Below are positions 1-11,187 of a DNA stretch of 64,000 nucleotides, in pieces. The translations under genes were made by a program, and so were the position numbers. Every line of letters begins with the position of its first letter. Within the stretch, counting starts at the first letter, position 1. This DNA comes from Haliotis cracherodii. Its lineage: Eukaryota. The notes beneath the pieces are model-generated. The model saw only the letters and a list, made by a program, of their open reading frames with translations, was not told the DNA's origin and made no database searches. Where the stretch lies: assembly GCF_022045235.1 (NCBI RefSeq), contig NW_027266270.1:9486001-9550000 (forward strand). The letters are read 5' to 3'.

Positions 1-693
1 CGCAACTGTGCATACAGAAATGCGGTGGTCGAGGCCACACATGTCAACAATGAAAATGAATGGATATGTATTTGGTATTTTTGTAACATTTTATTTTTTA
101 GAAAAAAATCGTAATTCTGATTAAATCGCAGTTCCTGTAATGCTCAGTTGAAATAATATATGATAATACATGTTCTTGAATGTATTGTATCTGTTCATTG
201 TTACAACATAAACTGTCACCATGCAAGCAATGTGGAAATGTAAAACTTAAACAGGTTCATATTTTCTGCCAATACTGTTTAATGAACATAGTAATACATA
301 ACATGTGTCGCTATTTTTATACATTCACACTGACACTGGCAAGGAACATAAGTACGATGACACTGTTAAGTACTTGTCGGTATGCTTTGTTCCTTCACAT
401 TAACAACAACGTACAATGTGCAAGTCAAGAATCGTGTTTGACAATGCTATTGTCTTCACACACAGAGTGTCTTGGTGACTTTATCTTCGTCTTCGTCAAC
501 CACAGCTTTGTGACGCTCTAAACGTTATGGGACTGAGCGACAGTGACTGGTGTCTTCTTCTTCATTTCGTCGTCTTCGTCATCTTGAACAACAGGCTTGC
601 TGCTGTTGGTTCATCCTCTCGTTGGGAACAGAGAATGTAGTGTGGATATTGATCCTACTGTTGGGAACCTTCATGTAAGCTCGGTTGCGGTTT

Positions 694-2145
694 TCATCTG
701 GTTACACACGACAGCTGGAAAAGAGTAAAGTATCCAAAATTAGAACAGCAATAAAGACTATTTGATCATCTAATATTCGAAGTTCTTTGCAGTCTATATT
801 TATCAATCCCTTAAAAATCATTCGGTTCCTTGAAATGTTCCTCAACCAAATCAATTACATATACGTTTATCATGCGTGTGGCCCAAGTGTGGTCAATGCC
901 AAGAGCATCTCAAGCTACATACCTGGCAGATGAGTTTCTGTGCTGGTCGTTTATGTTGGTAGGTCCAGGCTAAATCCAGAAGGGCTAGACCATGTCCCTG
1001 ACTTTGACATCTCTGGATAAACTGCATACAGGCCGTTCGTAGGTCGGAGAATCCAAATTCCACAGATGCACAGAGTAATCCTGAAAGAACCGAGGACATA
1101 TTGTAATGTGTTTGATAAAATATTATCATGAAGGTGAAGTTCATGTTATGGATAATTGTGTGTGTTTCGCGCATGTGTCATCACGATTAGTGGAATGGCC
1201 ATACTTTTGTGTTGAAATGAATATCCCAGTTAAACAAATGAAGATAGTACTTACCAATCACATTGTTAAAACCGATGTTAGCTTTCCCTGAGTGGACGAA
1301 TTTGAGAAACGCCTGAAAGTCTCCAATGTGGTAGTCAGGAATGGTGATGGTGAGTTTCTGTGAAAAGGGTGAGTCTTTGATCTTTTTGGTCTTGGGTCGC
1401 TCAACGGAGGACTGTTTCTGATGTTGAAGCAAAAGCTGATACATGTACCTAGAGAAAAGAAAGAAAAAATTGAAGACGATATTTAAACACAAACAGTCCA
1501 AAAATTGTTCCCATGTTGAGTACATTCACAGGGTATAAGAGCCAAATGTACTCTACTTAAACATACACTTATTATTGTTCTGACCTTTTTAATGGATTAT
1601 TGTTTTGTAGAATATCTTACCTGCTTCGTGTAGCCATTATGGCTTTGACTCCATGAACAGGAGCCTTCTCCTTCCCAACGAGAAAGGTGACGTCACACAT
1701 CTCTGGCATGTTTAGGATGAGGGAGAGACTGTCCTGTAAGTCCCCTGTGCTTTTAAGCATCATGACGTCACCCCGACCGGAGGACTGTGAGGGGTGAGAG
1801 CTGGATTGGCTGAAAGATCTTGACTTCGAGGTCGTGCTGACGCCTTCATCAGAGGAGTAGTCGCTTGAGTCATAGCCTGAAGAGGTACCTTCAGCTGGAA
1901 TAAGAAAACAAATCAGTTATGAAATAATATTTCATTTGTTGCAAATGTTAGTAAAGCTGAGTGTTGTTTCTTGAACAAAATGTGTCCTTGAAATATACTT
2001 TGAAAAAACCATCAAGGAATTATTATCCTGATGTGATAAAAGTGAATAATGCAAATGTCTCACCGTCTGCGTCATGACCAGTGTGGTCAATAGTTTCCAT
2101 GGCCGAAGAGTCCAGAAGACAAAGTCGGGAATCGTAATGATTCAT
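694..2145 (-). CDS. BTB/POZ-domain protein paralog A1 (gprs/serine-enriched-protein-like BTB, truncated BACK), 5 exons, 242 aa
   Basis: Manually spliced exons 2145-2064, 1894-1621, 1448-1255, 1080-923, 714-694. All introns GT-AG, phases 1/2/1/0, open frame. Translation MNHYDSRLCLLD...SSGYDSSDYSSDE...LSLILNMPEMCDVTFLVGKEKAPVHGVKAIMATRSRYMYQL...FQAFLKFVHSGK...GLLCASVEFGFSDLRTACMQF...LSCVTR*. The CDVTFLVG/VKAILATRS motif is BTB-type. Confidence 0.9.
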
Positions 2146-2283
2146 GTTACTTGTTGTTAGATCTTATTGATAATGAAAGACAGAACTGATATTTGGTTAA
2201 ACTCGGCGAATCTAAAGATCTAAGTATGTATCTCGATGTAATGTTTCCAAGATTGGAATGCCTTCTTCCTCTACCAGACCAGC

Positions 2284-2433
2284 TTTATACCTTTGCGTAT
2301 CACAACACAAATGACAGAGTCATTACTACAACTACATGTCAGGATTAAGTCAATGTTGACACGAAGGCTTCAGCTTAGCACATTTTGCTAGTGGCACGTG
2401 CTGCACTTGTTAATGAGCTGACATCACGTGACC
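2284..2433 (-). promoter_or_regulatory. Conserved proximal promoter of A1 (2 E-boxes, GAAGCC-N3-GTGTCAACAT, TATA)
   Basis: CACGTG at 2395-2400 and 2425-2430, motif at 2371-2353, TATAAA at 2289-2284. The same layout is seen in C, D and E, and in A2 at 6678-6827. Confidence 0.75.
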
Positions 2434-3469
2434 AATCTAAGAATAAGTGTTCTACGGTAATGTCGTCTGTTGTCAAAACACCGAGATAATAGAGTTTGGG
2501 TGATGATGTGTTTCGGGTGTTTGATTATTTAAGGATTTACGATATACGTGTTCATTTGTCGGTGATAAATGGTATTGTGTTATTAAGGATCCATTTGGAG
2601 TCAAGTTATGTTTAATGCGAGTGGAACTTTTAGATGCTAATGATGTAAATGTAGTAACGGTATGTTGATGGAATTATACATTATCTACCTGTATACGTAC
2701 GTGAATTATTTGCACTTGAAATATAAATGTCTAGCGTTATAGATTCCACTCACTGAAAACAGCCATTGTGATTTCCTTATTGAAATAAAATTGAACTAAA
2801 ATAGTTCTGTTATTGAACAGTGTATAAATATATAACTGATCTTTTTTGTTTCAATTTTTTCAAGTGCAAGTGTGATATGACAACAAAGTTAGAGTGTCAA
2901 ATGATTTTTTATTGTTCATGTGTGCAAATGACACCCTGCTATTTCAATAAAATTTGTGTCAGCCAAAGTCATTTCATCGTGTCATTCGTCAAACAAACAG
3001 TTTGCTGAACTGAACTTTATTGTACTCCGGATTACTCGTGACACATAACCACATCATTTGGGATTGAGCGGAGGCGCAGCGATTTGTTGAGTTGAGGGCT
3101 TGGCTATAGATGATATGCACAGTGAGGAGTATTGTTTAATCATAAATTGAATGTGTGATTGTACGATTGCTGATAGATGTTGTAGACAAGCTAGTCAAGT
3201 GGTACATGTTTTTTAAACAAATTGATTGGCAATCAAGGCGCTTTGATGAACAATCTTCCAACGTGTCACATATAACTAGAACCTTTGAAAACACAAAGAC
3301 CACGTGCACATTATCAGGAAATGGCACATGAGACTTGTAGTGATGACATTATTGATACACATGGTCCGCTCTGACTTCCGAAAAGCCAGAGACAGTTGCC
3401 AGTGACATGAAATGGTTCTGAGACAATAATGTCAATACATGTTTCCTTTGTTATTTCCAGCATTTGCTA

Positions 3470-3780
3470 CAATAGATTCTGCCACGCAATGCATTCGCGA
3501 CTACGATTAGCTTGTAGTGATCTCAGCTTACACAAAGCTCATAGAATGATTTCAAATAAGTCATCCTGCTCTTGTGGCGCTACTTGCGAAACTACAACTC
3601 ATTATTTATTTGGATGTCAATATTAGTACACACATAGAAATAATATGTTTGTTATCCAATTGGATACGATCTTGTGACCGTAAGATCCTAAGTGGAATAT
3701 GGAAATGTTGCAAAAATCGGTAAGTAAAAGGGTAGATTTCATTCAGTCTGTGCATCGTTACATCTGTCACATTAAATGAA
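3470..3780 (+). mobile_element. Decayed non-LTR (CR1/L2-clade-like) retrotransposon 3' ORF2 fragment; duplicated at ~7864-8174
   Basis: HSRLRLACSDL...SCSCGATCETTTHYLFGC is a C-terminal zinc-knuckle region typical of LINE ORF2. Confidence 0.65.
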
Positions 3781-5087
3781 GCAATTAGGGTTCATTGTTC
3801 AAACACATACTAGTATCTTATAAGCAAAACCTTCCATTGTTGAGTCGTGTTATTGAATTAACATCTGAATGCCAGGCTATATGTGCTTCCTATGAAATCA
3901 CAGCTCATACACTGATATCCCGTGCAGAATAGCTTGTAATGGATTGGCATCAACATAAGACATGGGCTTGTTTTCCAATCCAGTTTGATTTCAAGCAATA
4001 ATTTTATTTCAACCATTCTCAAATAATCATTTACGTAAAGCCTAAGAAAAGCTTCAACTTTCCACACTTTCTAATTATGGTTACATGCACTCTCAGAAAA
4101 AAACAACTCTTTAGTGTTGTATTGTCTCAGACGTACGTTTGAAATATCAAAGATCATTAAAATTTACATGTGCAACATACGTTACACCTAATTATATACA
4201 AATGAGCTAATGACATTAACATGCGTGTTCAAGTTCTTTTTACCACGAAAGCTCTTTGCAGATACAGTTGACAACAATGTGTCCTTTATTAATGAGATAA
4301 AATATGCAGTATTTCAGCTAAATATGGAAGGAAAGCCGCAAATGGCGTACAACTTCTAAATCTAGATTCAAACCAACAAACACTGGATTCTGGACGCAAC
4401 TGTGCATACAGAAATGCGGTGGTCGAGGCCACACATGTCAACAATGAAAATGAATGGATATGTATTTGGTATTTTTGTAACATTTTATTTTTTAGAAAAA
4501 AATCGTAATTCTGATTAAATCGCAGTTCCTGTAATGCTCAGTTGAAATAATATATGATAATACATGTTCTTGAATGTATTGTATCTGTTCATTGTTACAA
4601 CATAAACTGTCACCATGCAAGCAATGTGGAAATGTAAAACTTAAACAGGTTCATATTTTCTGCCAATACTGTTTAATGAACATAGTAATACATAACATGT
4701 GTCGCTATTTTTATACATTCACACTGACACTGGCAAGGAACATAAGTACGATGACACTGTTAAGTACTTGTCGGTATGCTTTGTTCCTTCACATTAACAA
4801 CAACGTACAATGTGCAAGTCAAGAATCGTGTTTGACAATGCTATTGTCTTCACACACAGAGTGTCTTGGTGACTTTATCTTCGTCTTCGTCAACCACAGC
4901 TTTGTGACGCTCTAAACGTTATGGGACTGAGCGACAGTGACTGGTGTCTTCTTCTTCATTTCGTCGTCTTCGTCATCTTGAACAACAGGCTTGCTGCTGT
5001 TGGTTCATCCTCTCGTTGGGAACAGAGAATGTAGTGTGGATATTGATCCTACTGTTGGGAACCTTCATGTAAGCTCGGTTGCGGTTT

Positions 5088-6539
5088 TCATCTGGTTACA
5101 CACGACAGCTGGAAAAGAGTAAAGTATCCAAAATTAGAACAGCAATAAAGACTATTTGATCATCTAATATTCGAAGTTCTTTGCAGTCTATATTTATCAA
5201 TCCCTTAAAAATCATTCGGTTCCTTGAAATGTTCCTCAACCAAATCAATTACATATACGTTTATCATGCGTGTGGCCCAAGTGTGGTCAATGCCAAGAGC
5301 ATCTCAAGCTACATACCTGGCAGATGAGTTTCTGTGCTGGTCGTTTATGTTGGTAGGTCCAGGCTAAATCCAGAAGGGCTAGACCATGTCCCTGACTTTG
5401 ACATCTCTGGATAAACTGCATACAGGCCGTTCGTAGGTCGGAGAATCCAAATTCCACAGATGCACAGAGTAATCCTGAAAGAACCGAGGACATATTGTAA
5501 TGTGTTTGATAAAATATTATCATGAAGGTGAAGTTCATGTTATGGATAATTGTGTGTGTTTCGCGCATGTGTCATCACGATTAGTGGAATGGCCATACTT
5601 TTGTGTTGAAATGAATATCCCAGTTAAACAAATGAAGATAGTACTTACCAATCACATTGTTAAAACCGATGTTAGCTTTCCCTGAGTGGACGAATTTGAG
5701 AAACGCCTGAAAGTCTCCAATGTGGTAGTCAGGAATGGTGATGGTGAGTTTCTGTGAAAAGGGTGAGTCTTTGATCTTTTTGGTCTTGGGTCGCTCAACG
5801 GAGGACTGTTTCTGATGTTGAAGCAAAAGCTGATACATGTACCTAGAGAAAAGAAAGAAAAAATTGAAGACGATATTTAAACACAAACAGTCCAAAAATT
5901 GTTCCCATGTTGAGTACATTCACAGGGTATAAGAGCCAAATGTACTCTACTTAAACATACACTTATTATTGTTCTGACCTTTTTAATGGATTATTGTTTT
6001 GTAGAATATCTTACCTGCTTCGTGTAGCCATTATGGCTTTGACTCCATGAACAGGAGCCTTCTCCTTCCCAACGAGAAAGGTGACGTCACACATCTCTGG
6101 CATGTTTAGGATGAGGGAGAGACTGTCCTGTAAGTCCCCTGTGCTTTTAAGCATCATGACGTCACCCCGACCGGAGGACTGTGAGGGGTGAGAGCTGGAT
6201 TGGCTGAAAGATCTTGACTTCGAGGTCGTGCTGACGCCTTCATCAGAGGAGTAGTCGCTTGAGTCATAGCCTGAAGAGGTACCTTCAGCTGGAATAAGAA
6301 AACAAATCAGTTATGAAATAATATTTCATTTGTTGCAAATGTTAGTAAAGCTGAGTGTTGTTTCATGAACAAAATGTGTCCTTGAAATATACTTTGAAAA
6401 AACCATCAAGGAATTATTATCCTGATGTGATAAAAGTGAATAATGCAAATGTCTCACCGTCTGCGTCATGACCAGTGTGGTCAATAGTTTCCATGGCCGA
6501 AGAGTCCAGAAGACAAAGTCGGGAATCGTAATGATTCAT
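5088..6539 (-). CDS. BTB/POZ protein paralog A2 (copy of A1 at +4394)
   Basis: Exons 6539-6458, 6288-6015, 5842-5649, 5474-5317, 5108-5088. The sequence is essentially identical to A1. Confidence 0.85.
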
Positions 6540-9480
6540 GTTACTTGTTGTTAGATCTTATTGATAATGAAAGACAGAACTGATATTTGGTTAAACTCGG
6601 CGAATCTAAAGATCTAAGTATGTATCTCGATGTAATGTTTCCAAGATTGGAATGCCTTCTTCCTCTACCAGACCAGCTTTATACCTTTGCGTATCACAAC
6701 ACAAATGACAGAGTCATTACTACAACTACATGTCAGGATTAAGTCAATGTTGACACGAAGGCTTCAGCTTAGCACATTTTGCTAGTGGCACGTGCTGCAC
6801 TTGTTAATGAGCTGACATCACGTGACCAATCTAAGAATAAGTGTTCTACGGTAATGTCGTCTGTTGTCAAAACACCGAGATAATAGAGTTTGGGTGATGA
6901 TGTGTTTCGGGTGTTTGATTATTTAAGGATTTACGATATACGTGTTCATTTGTCGGTGATAAATGGTATTATGTTATTAAGGATCCATTTGGAGTCAAGT
7001 TATGTTTAATGCGAGTGGAACTTTTAGATGCTAATGATGTAAATGTAGTAACGGTATGTTGATGGAATTATACATTATCTACCTGTATACGTACGTGAAT
7101 TATTTGCACTTGAAATATAAATGTCTAGCGTTATAGATTCCACTCACTGAAAACAGCCATTGTGATTTCCTTATTGAAATAAAATTGAACTAAAATAGTT
7201 CTGTTATTGAACAGTGTATAAATATATAACTGATCTTTTTTGTTTCAATTTTTTCAAGTGCAAGTGTGATATGACAACAAAGTTAGAGTGTCAAATGATT
7301 TTTTATTGTTCATGTGTGCAAATGACACCCTGCTATTTCAATAAAATTTGTGTCAGCCAAAGTCATTTCATCGTGTCATTCGTCAAACAAACAGTTTGCT
7401 GAACTGAACTTTATTGTACTCCGGATTACTCGTGACACATAACCACATCATTTGGGATTGAGCGGAGGCGCAGCGATTTGTTGAGTTGAGGGCTTGGCTA
7501 TAGATGATATGCACAGTGAGGAGTATTGTTTAATCATAAATTGAATGTGTGATTGTACGATTGCTGATAGATGTTGTAGACAAGCTAGTCAAGTGGTACA
7601 TGTTTTTTAAACAAATTGATTGGCAATCAAGGCGCTTTGATGAACAATCTTCCAACGTGTCACATATAACTAGAACCTTTGAAAACACAAAGACCACGTG
7701 CACATTATCAGGAAATGGCACATGAGACTTGTAGTGATGACATTATTGATACACATGGTCCGCTCTGACTTCCGAAAAGCCAGAGACAGTTGCCAGTGAC
7801 ATGAAATGGTTCTGAGACAATAATGTCAATACATGTTTCCTTTGTTATTTCCAGCATTTGCTACAATAGATTCTGCCACGCAATGCATTCGCGACTACGA
7901 TTAGCTTGTAGTGATCTCAGCTTACACAAAGCTCATAGAATGATTTCAAATAAGTCATCCTGCTCTTGTGGCGCTACTTGCGAAACTACAACTCATTATT
8001 TATTTGGATGTCAATATTAGTACACACATAGAAATAATATGTTTGTTATCCAATTGGATACGATCTTGTGACCGTAAGATCCTAAGTGGAATATGGAAAT
8101 GTTGCAAAAATCGGTAAGTAAAAGGGTAGATTTCATTCAGTCTGTGCATCGTTACATCTGTCACATTAAATGAAGCAATTAGGGTTCATTGTTCAAACAC
8201 ATACTAGTATCTTATAAGCAAAACCTTCCATTGTTGAGTCGTGTTATTGAATTAACATCTGAATGCCAGGCTATATGTGCTTCCTATGAAATCACAGCTC
8301 ATACACTGATATCCCGTGCAGAATAGCTTGTAATGGATTGGCATCAACATAAGACATGGGCTTGTTTTCCAATCCAGTTTGATTTCAAGCAATAATTTTA
8401 TTTCAACCATTCTCAAATAATCATTTACGTAAAGCCTAAGAAAAGCTTCAACTTTCCACACTTTCTAATTATGGTTACATGCACTCTCAGAAAAAAACAA
8501 CTCTTTAGTGTTGTATTGTCTCAGACGTACGTTTGAAATATCAAAGATCATTAAAATTTACATGTGCAACATACGTTACACCTAATTATATACAAATGAG
8601 CTAATGACATTAACATGCGTGTTCAAGTTCTTTTTACCACGAAAGCTCTTTGCAGATACAGTTGACAACAATGTGTCCTTTATTAATGAGATAAAATATG
8701 CAGTATTTCAGCTAAATATGGAAGGAAAGCCGCAAATGGCGTACAACTTCTAAATCTAGATTCAAACCAACAAACACTGGATTCTGGACGCAACTGTGCA
8801 TACAGAAATGCGGTGGTCGAGGCCACACATGTCAACAATGAAAATGAATGGATATGTATTTGGTATTTTTGTAACATTTTATTTTCTAAAAAAAATCGTA
8901 ATTCTGATTAAATCGCAGTTCCTGTAATGCTCAGTTGAAATAATATATGATAATACATGTTCTTGAATGTATTGTATCTGTTCATTGTTACAACATAAAC
9001 TGTCACCATGCAAGCAATGTGGAAATGTAAAACTTAAACAGGTTCATATTTTCTGCCAATACTGTTTAATGAACATAGTAATACATAACATGTGTCGCTA
9101 TTTTTATACATTCACACTGACACTGGCAAGGAACATAAGTACGATGACACTGTTAAGTACTTGTCGGTATGCTTTGTTCCTTCACATTAACAACAACGTA
9201 CAATGTGCAAGTCAAGAATCATGTTTGACAATGCTATTGTCTTCACACACAGAGTGTCTTGGTGACTTTATCTTCGTCTTCGTCAACCACAGCTTTGTGA
9301 CGCTCTAAACGTTATGGGACTGAGCGACAGTGACTGGTGTCTTCTTCTTCATTTCGTCGTCTTCGTCATCTTGAACAACAGGCTTGCTGCTGTTGGTTTA
9401 TCCTCTCGTTGGGAACAGAGAATGTAGTGTGGATATTGATCCTACTGTTGGGAACCTTCATGTAAGCTCGGTTGCGGTTT

Positions 9481-10237
9481 TCATCTGGTTACACACGACA
9501 GCTGGAAAAGAGTAAAGTATCCAAAATTAGAACAGCAATAGAGAGTATTTGATCATCTGATATTCGAAGTTCTTTGCAGTCTATATTTATCAATCCCTTA
9601 AAAATCATTCGGTTCCTTGAAATGTTCCTCAACCAAATCAATTTCATATACCTTTATCATGCGTGTCGCCCAAGTGTGGTCAATGCCAAGAGCATCTCAA
9701 GCTACATACCTGGCAGATGAGTTTCTGTGCTGGTCGTTTATGTTGGTAGGTCCAGGCTAAATCCAGAAGGGCTCGACCATGTCCCTGACATCTCTGGCAT
9801 GTTTAGGATGAGGGAGAGACTTTCCTGTAAGTCCCCTGTGCTTTTAAGCATCATGACGTCACCCCGACCGGAGGACTGTGAGGGGTGAGAGCTGGATTGG
9901 CTGAAAGATCTTGACTTCGAGGTCGTGCTGACGCCTTCATCAGAGGAGTAGTCGCTTGAGTCATAGCCTGAAGAGGTACCTTCAGCTGGATTAAGAAAAC
10001 AAATCAGTTATGAAATAATATTTCATTTGTTGCAAATGTTAGTAAAGCTGAGTGTTGTTTCATGAACAAAATGTGTCCTTGAAATATACTTTGAATAAAA
10101 ACATCAAGGGATTATTATCCTGATGTGATAAAAGTGAATAATGCAAATATCTCACCGTCTGCGTCATGACCAGTGTGGTCAATAGTTTCCATGGCCGAAG
10201 AGTCCAGAAGACAAAGTCGGGAATCGTAATGATTCAT
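9481..10237 (-). pseudogene. BTB paralog A3, internally deleted (exon 2-exon 4 fusion, frameshift)
   Basis: Exon 1 is 10237-10156 and exon 2 starts at 9985. The junction at ~9787 (gtccctg|acatctctggcatg) removes the equivalent of A1 1001-1696. The frameshift gives ...MPEMSGTWSSPSGFSLDLPT* (TAA 9740-9738), about 109 aa with no BTB core. Confidence 0.85.
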
Positions 10238-10361
10238 GTTACTTGTTGTTAGATCTTTTTGATAATGAAAGACAGAACTGGTATTTGGTTAAACTCGACG
10301 AATCTAAAGATCTAAGTATGTATCTCGATGTAATGTTTCCAAGATTGGAATGCCTTCTTCC

Positions 10362-10424
10362 GACTGACTGACTGATATAGAAGATTTAACGTGCGCTTTC
10401 CGACTACAGCGTATTTCGCACACG
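10362..10424 (-). mobile_element. Short retroelement 3'-tail insertion with (CAGT)n end in the A3 5' region
   Basis: Absent at the homologous A1 site (~2262-2270). Flanked by TTCTTCC repeats. Confidence 0.55.
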
Positions 10425-11020
10425 GTTCTTCTTCCTCTACCAGACCAGCTTTATACCTTAGCGTATCACAACACAAATGACAGAGTCAACTACAACTATA
10501 TGTCACGATTGCTGCACTTAATGAGCTGACATCACGTGACCAATCTAGCCGTGAGTGTTCCACGGTAATGCCGTCTGTTGTCAAAACACCGAGATAATAG
10601 AGTTTGGATGATAATGTGTTTCCTTTGCCGGTGTTAAATGGTATCTTGTTTGAAGCTTCTATTTGTACAGAAGTTATATTTGATGTGAGTTTAATGTTTA
10701 GATGCTAATAATGTAGATGTAGTTACAGAATGTTGGTGGAATTATACAATATCTACCTGCATAAATAAGTGAATTATTTGCACTTGACATATAGATATTA
10801 AATTGAAGACAGTCATTGTGATTTCCTTATTAATTTGAAATTGAACTGAAATAGGTCTATTATTGAACTGTGTTTAAGCATAACTGATCTTTTGGTGTGT
10901 TTTTTGCTGTTGCAATTTTCTCAAGTACGAGTATGATAACACAAAGTTAGAATGGCAAATTATAGAAGAGAATGTTTCTATTTCTGGTATGTGCATATGA
11001 CTCCCTGCTATTTCCTTAAA

Positions 11021-11187
11021 GGGGCGGTCGGGTAGTGGTGAAAGCGTTTGCTCGTCAGGCCGAAGACCCGGGTTCGATTCCCGACATGGGTACAATGTGT
11101 GAAGCCCATTGCTGTTGTCCCCGCCGTGATATTGCTGGAATATTGCTAAAAGCGGCGTAAAACCATACTCACTCACTCACTCACTCA
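11021..11187 (+). mobile_element. tRNA-derived SINE family 1, full-length with TSD
   Basis: GGTTCGATTCC B-box, body ...CCGCCGTGATATTGCTGGAATATTGCTAAAAGCGGCGTAAAACC, (ACTC)n tail. TSD ctatttccttaaa/ctattcccttaaa. Empty site at ~2939-2951. Confidence 0.9.

Larger units (their letters stand above)
1..9787. repeat. 4394-bp direct tandem segmental repeat (2 full periods + partial third)
   Basis: 1-4394 recurs at 4395-8788 with only isolated SNPs, and the ORF track is offset by exactly 4394. The third period continues until the deletion at ~9787. Homology to the A3 upstream flank ends at ~3063/7457, the inferred duplication breakpoint. Confidence 0.95.

Noticed and set aside
180-521. 113-aa plus-strand ORF repeated three times
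   Set aside because: It is antisense to the BTB 3'UTR, and its recurrence only reflects the tandem duplication.
694-696. Conserved TGA in all paralogs read as selenocysteine or readthrough
   Set aside because: In-frame extensions are only 7-12 codons and unconserved. The context is TGA-A (not leaky TGA-C), and I could not identify a SECIS.
11021-11095. tRNA genes at GGTTCGA motifs
   Set aside because: These are SINE heads followed by SINE bodies, tails and TSDs, with no intact cloverleaf.
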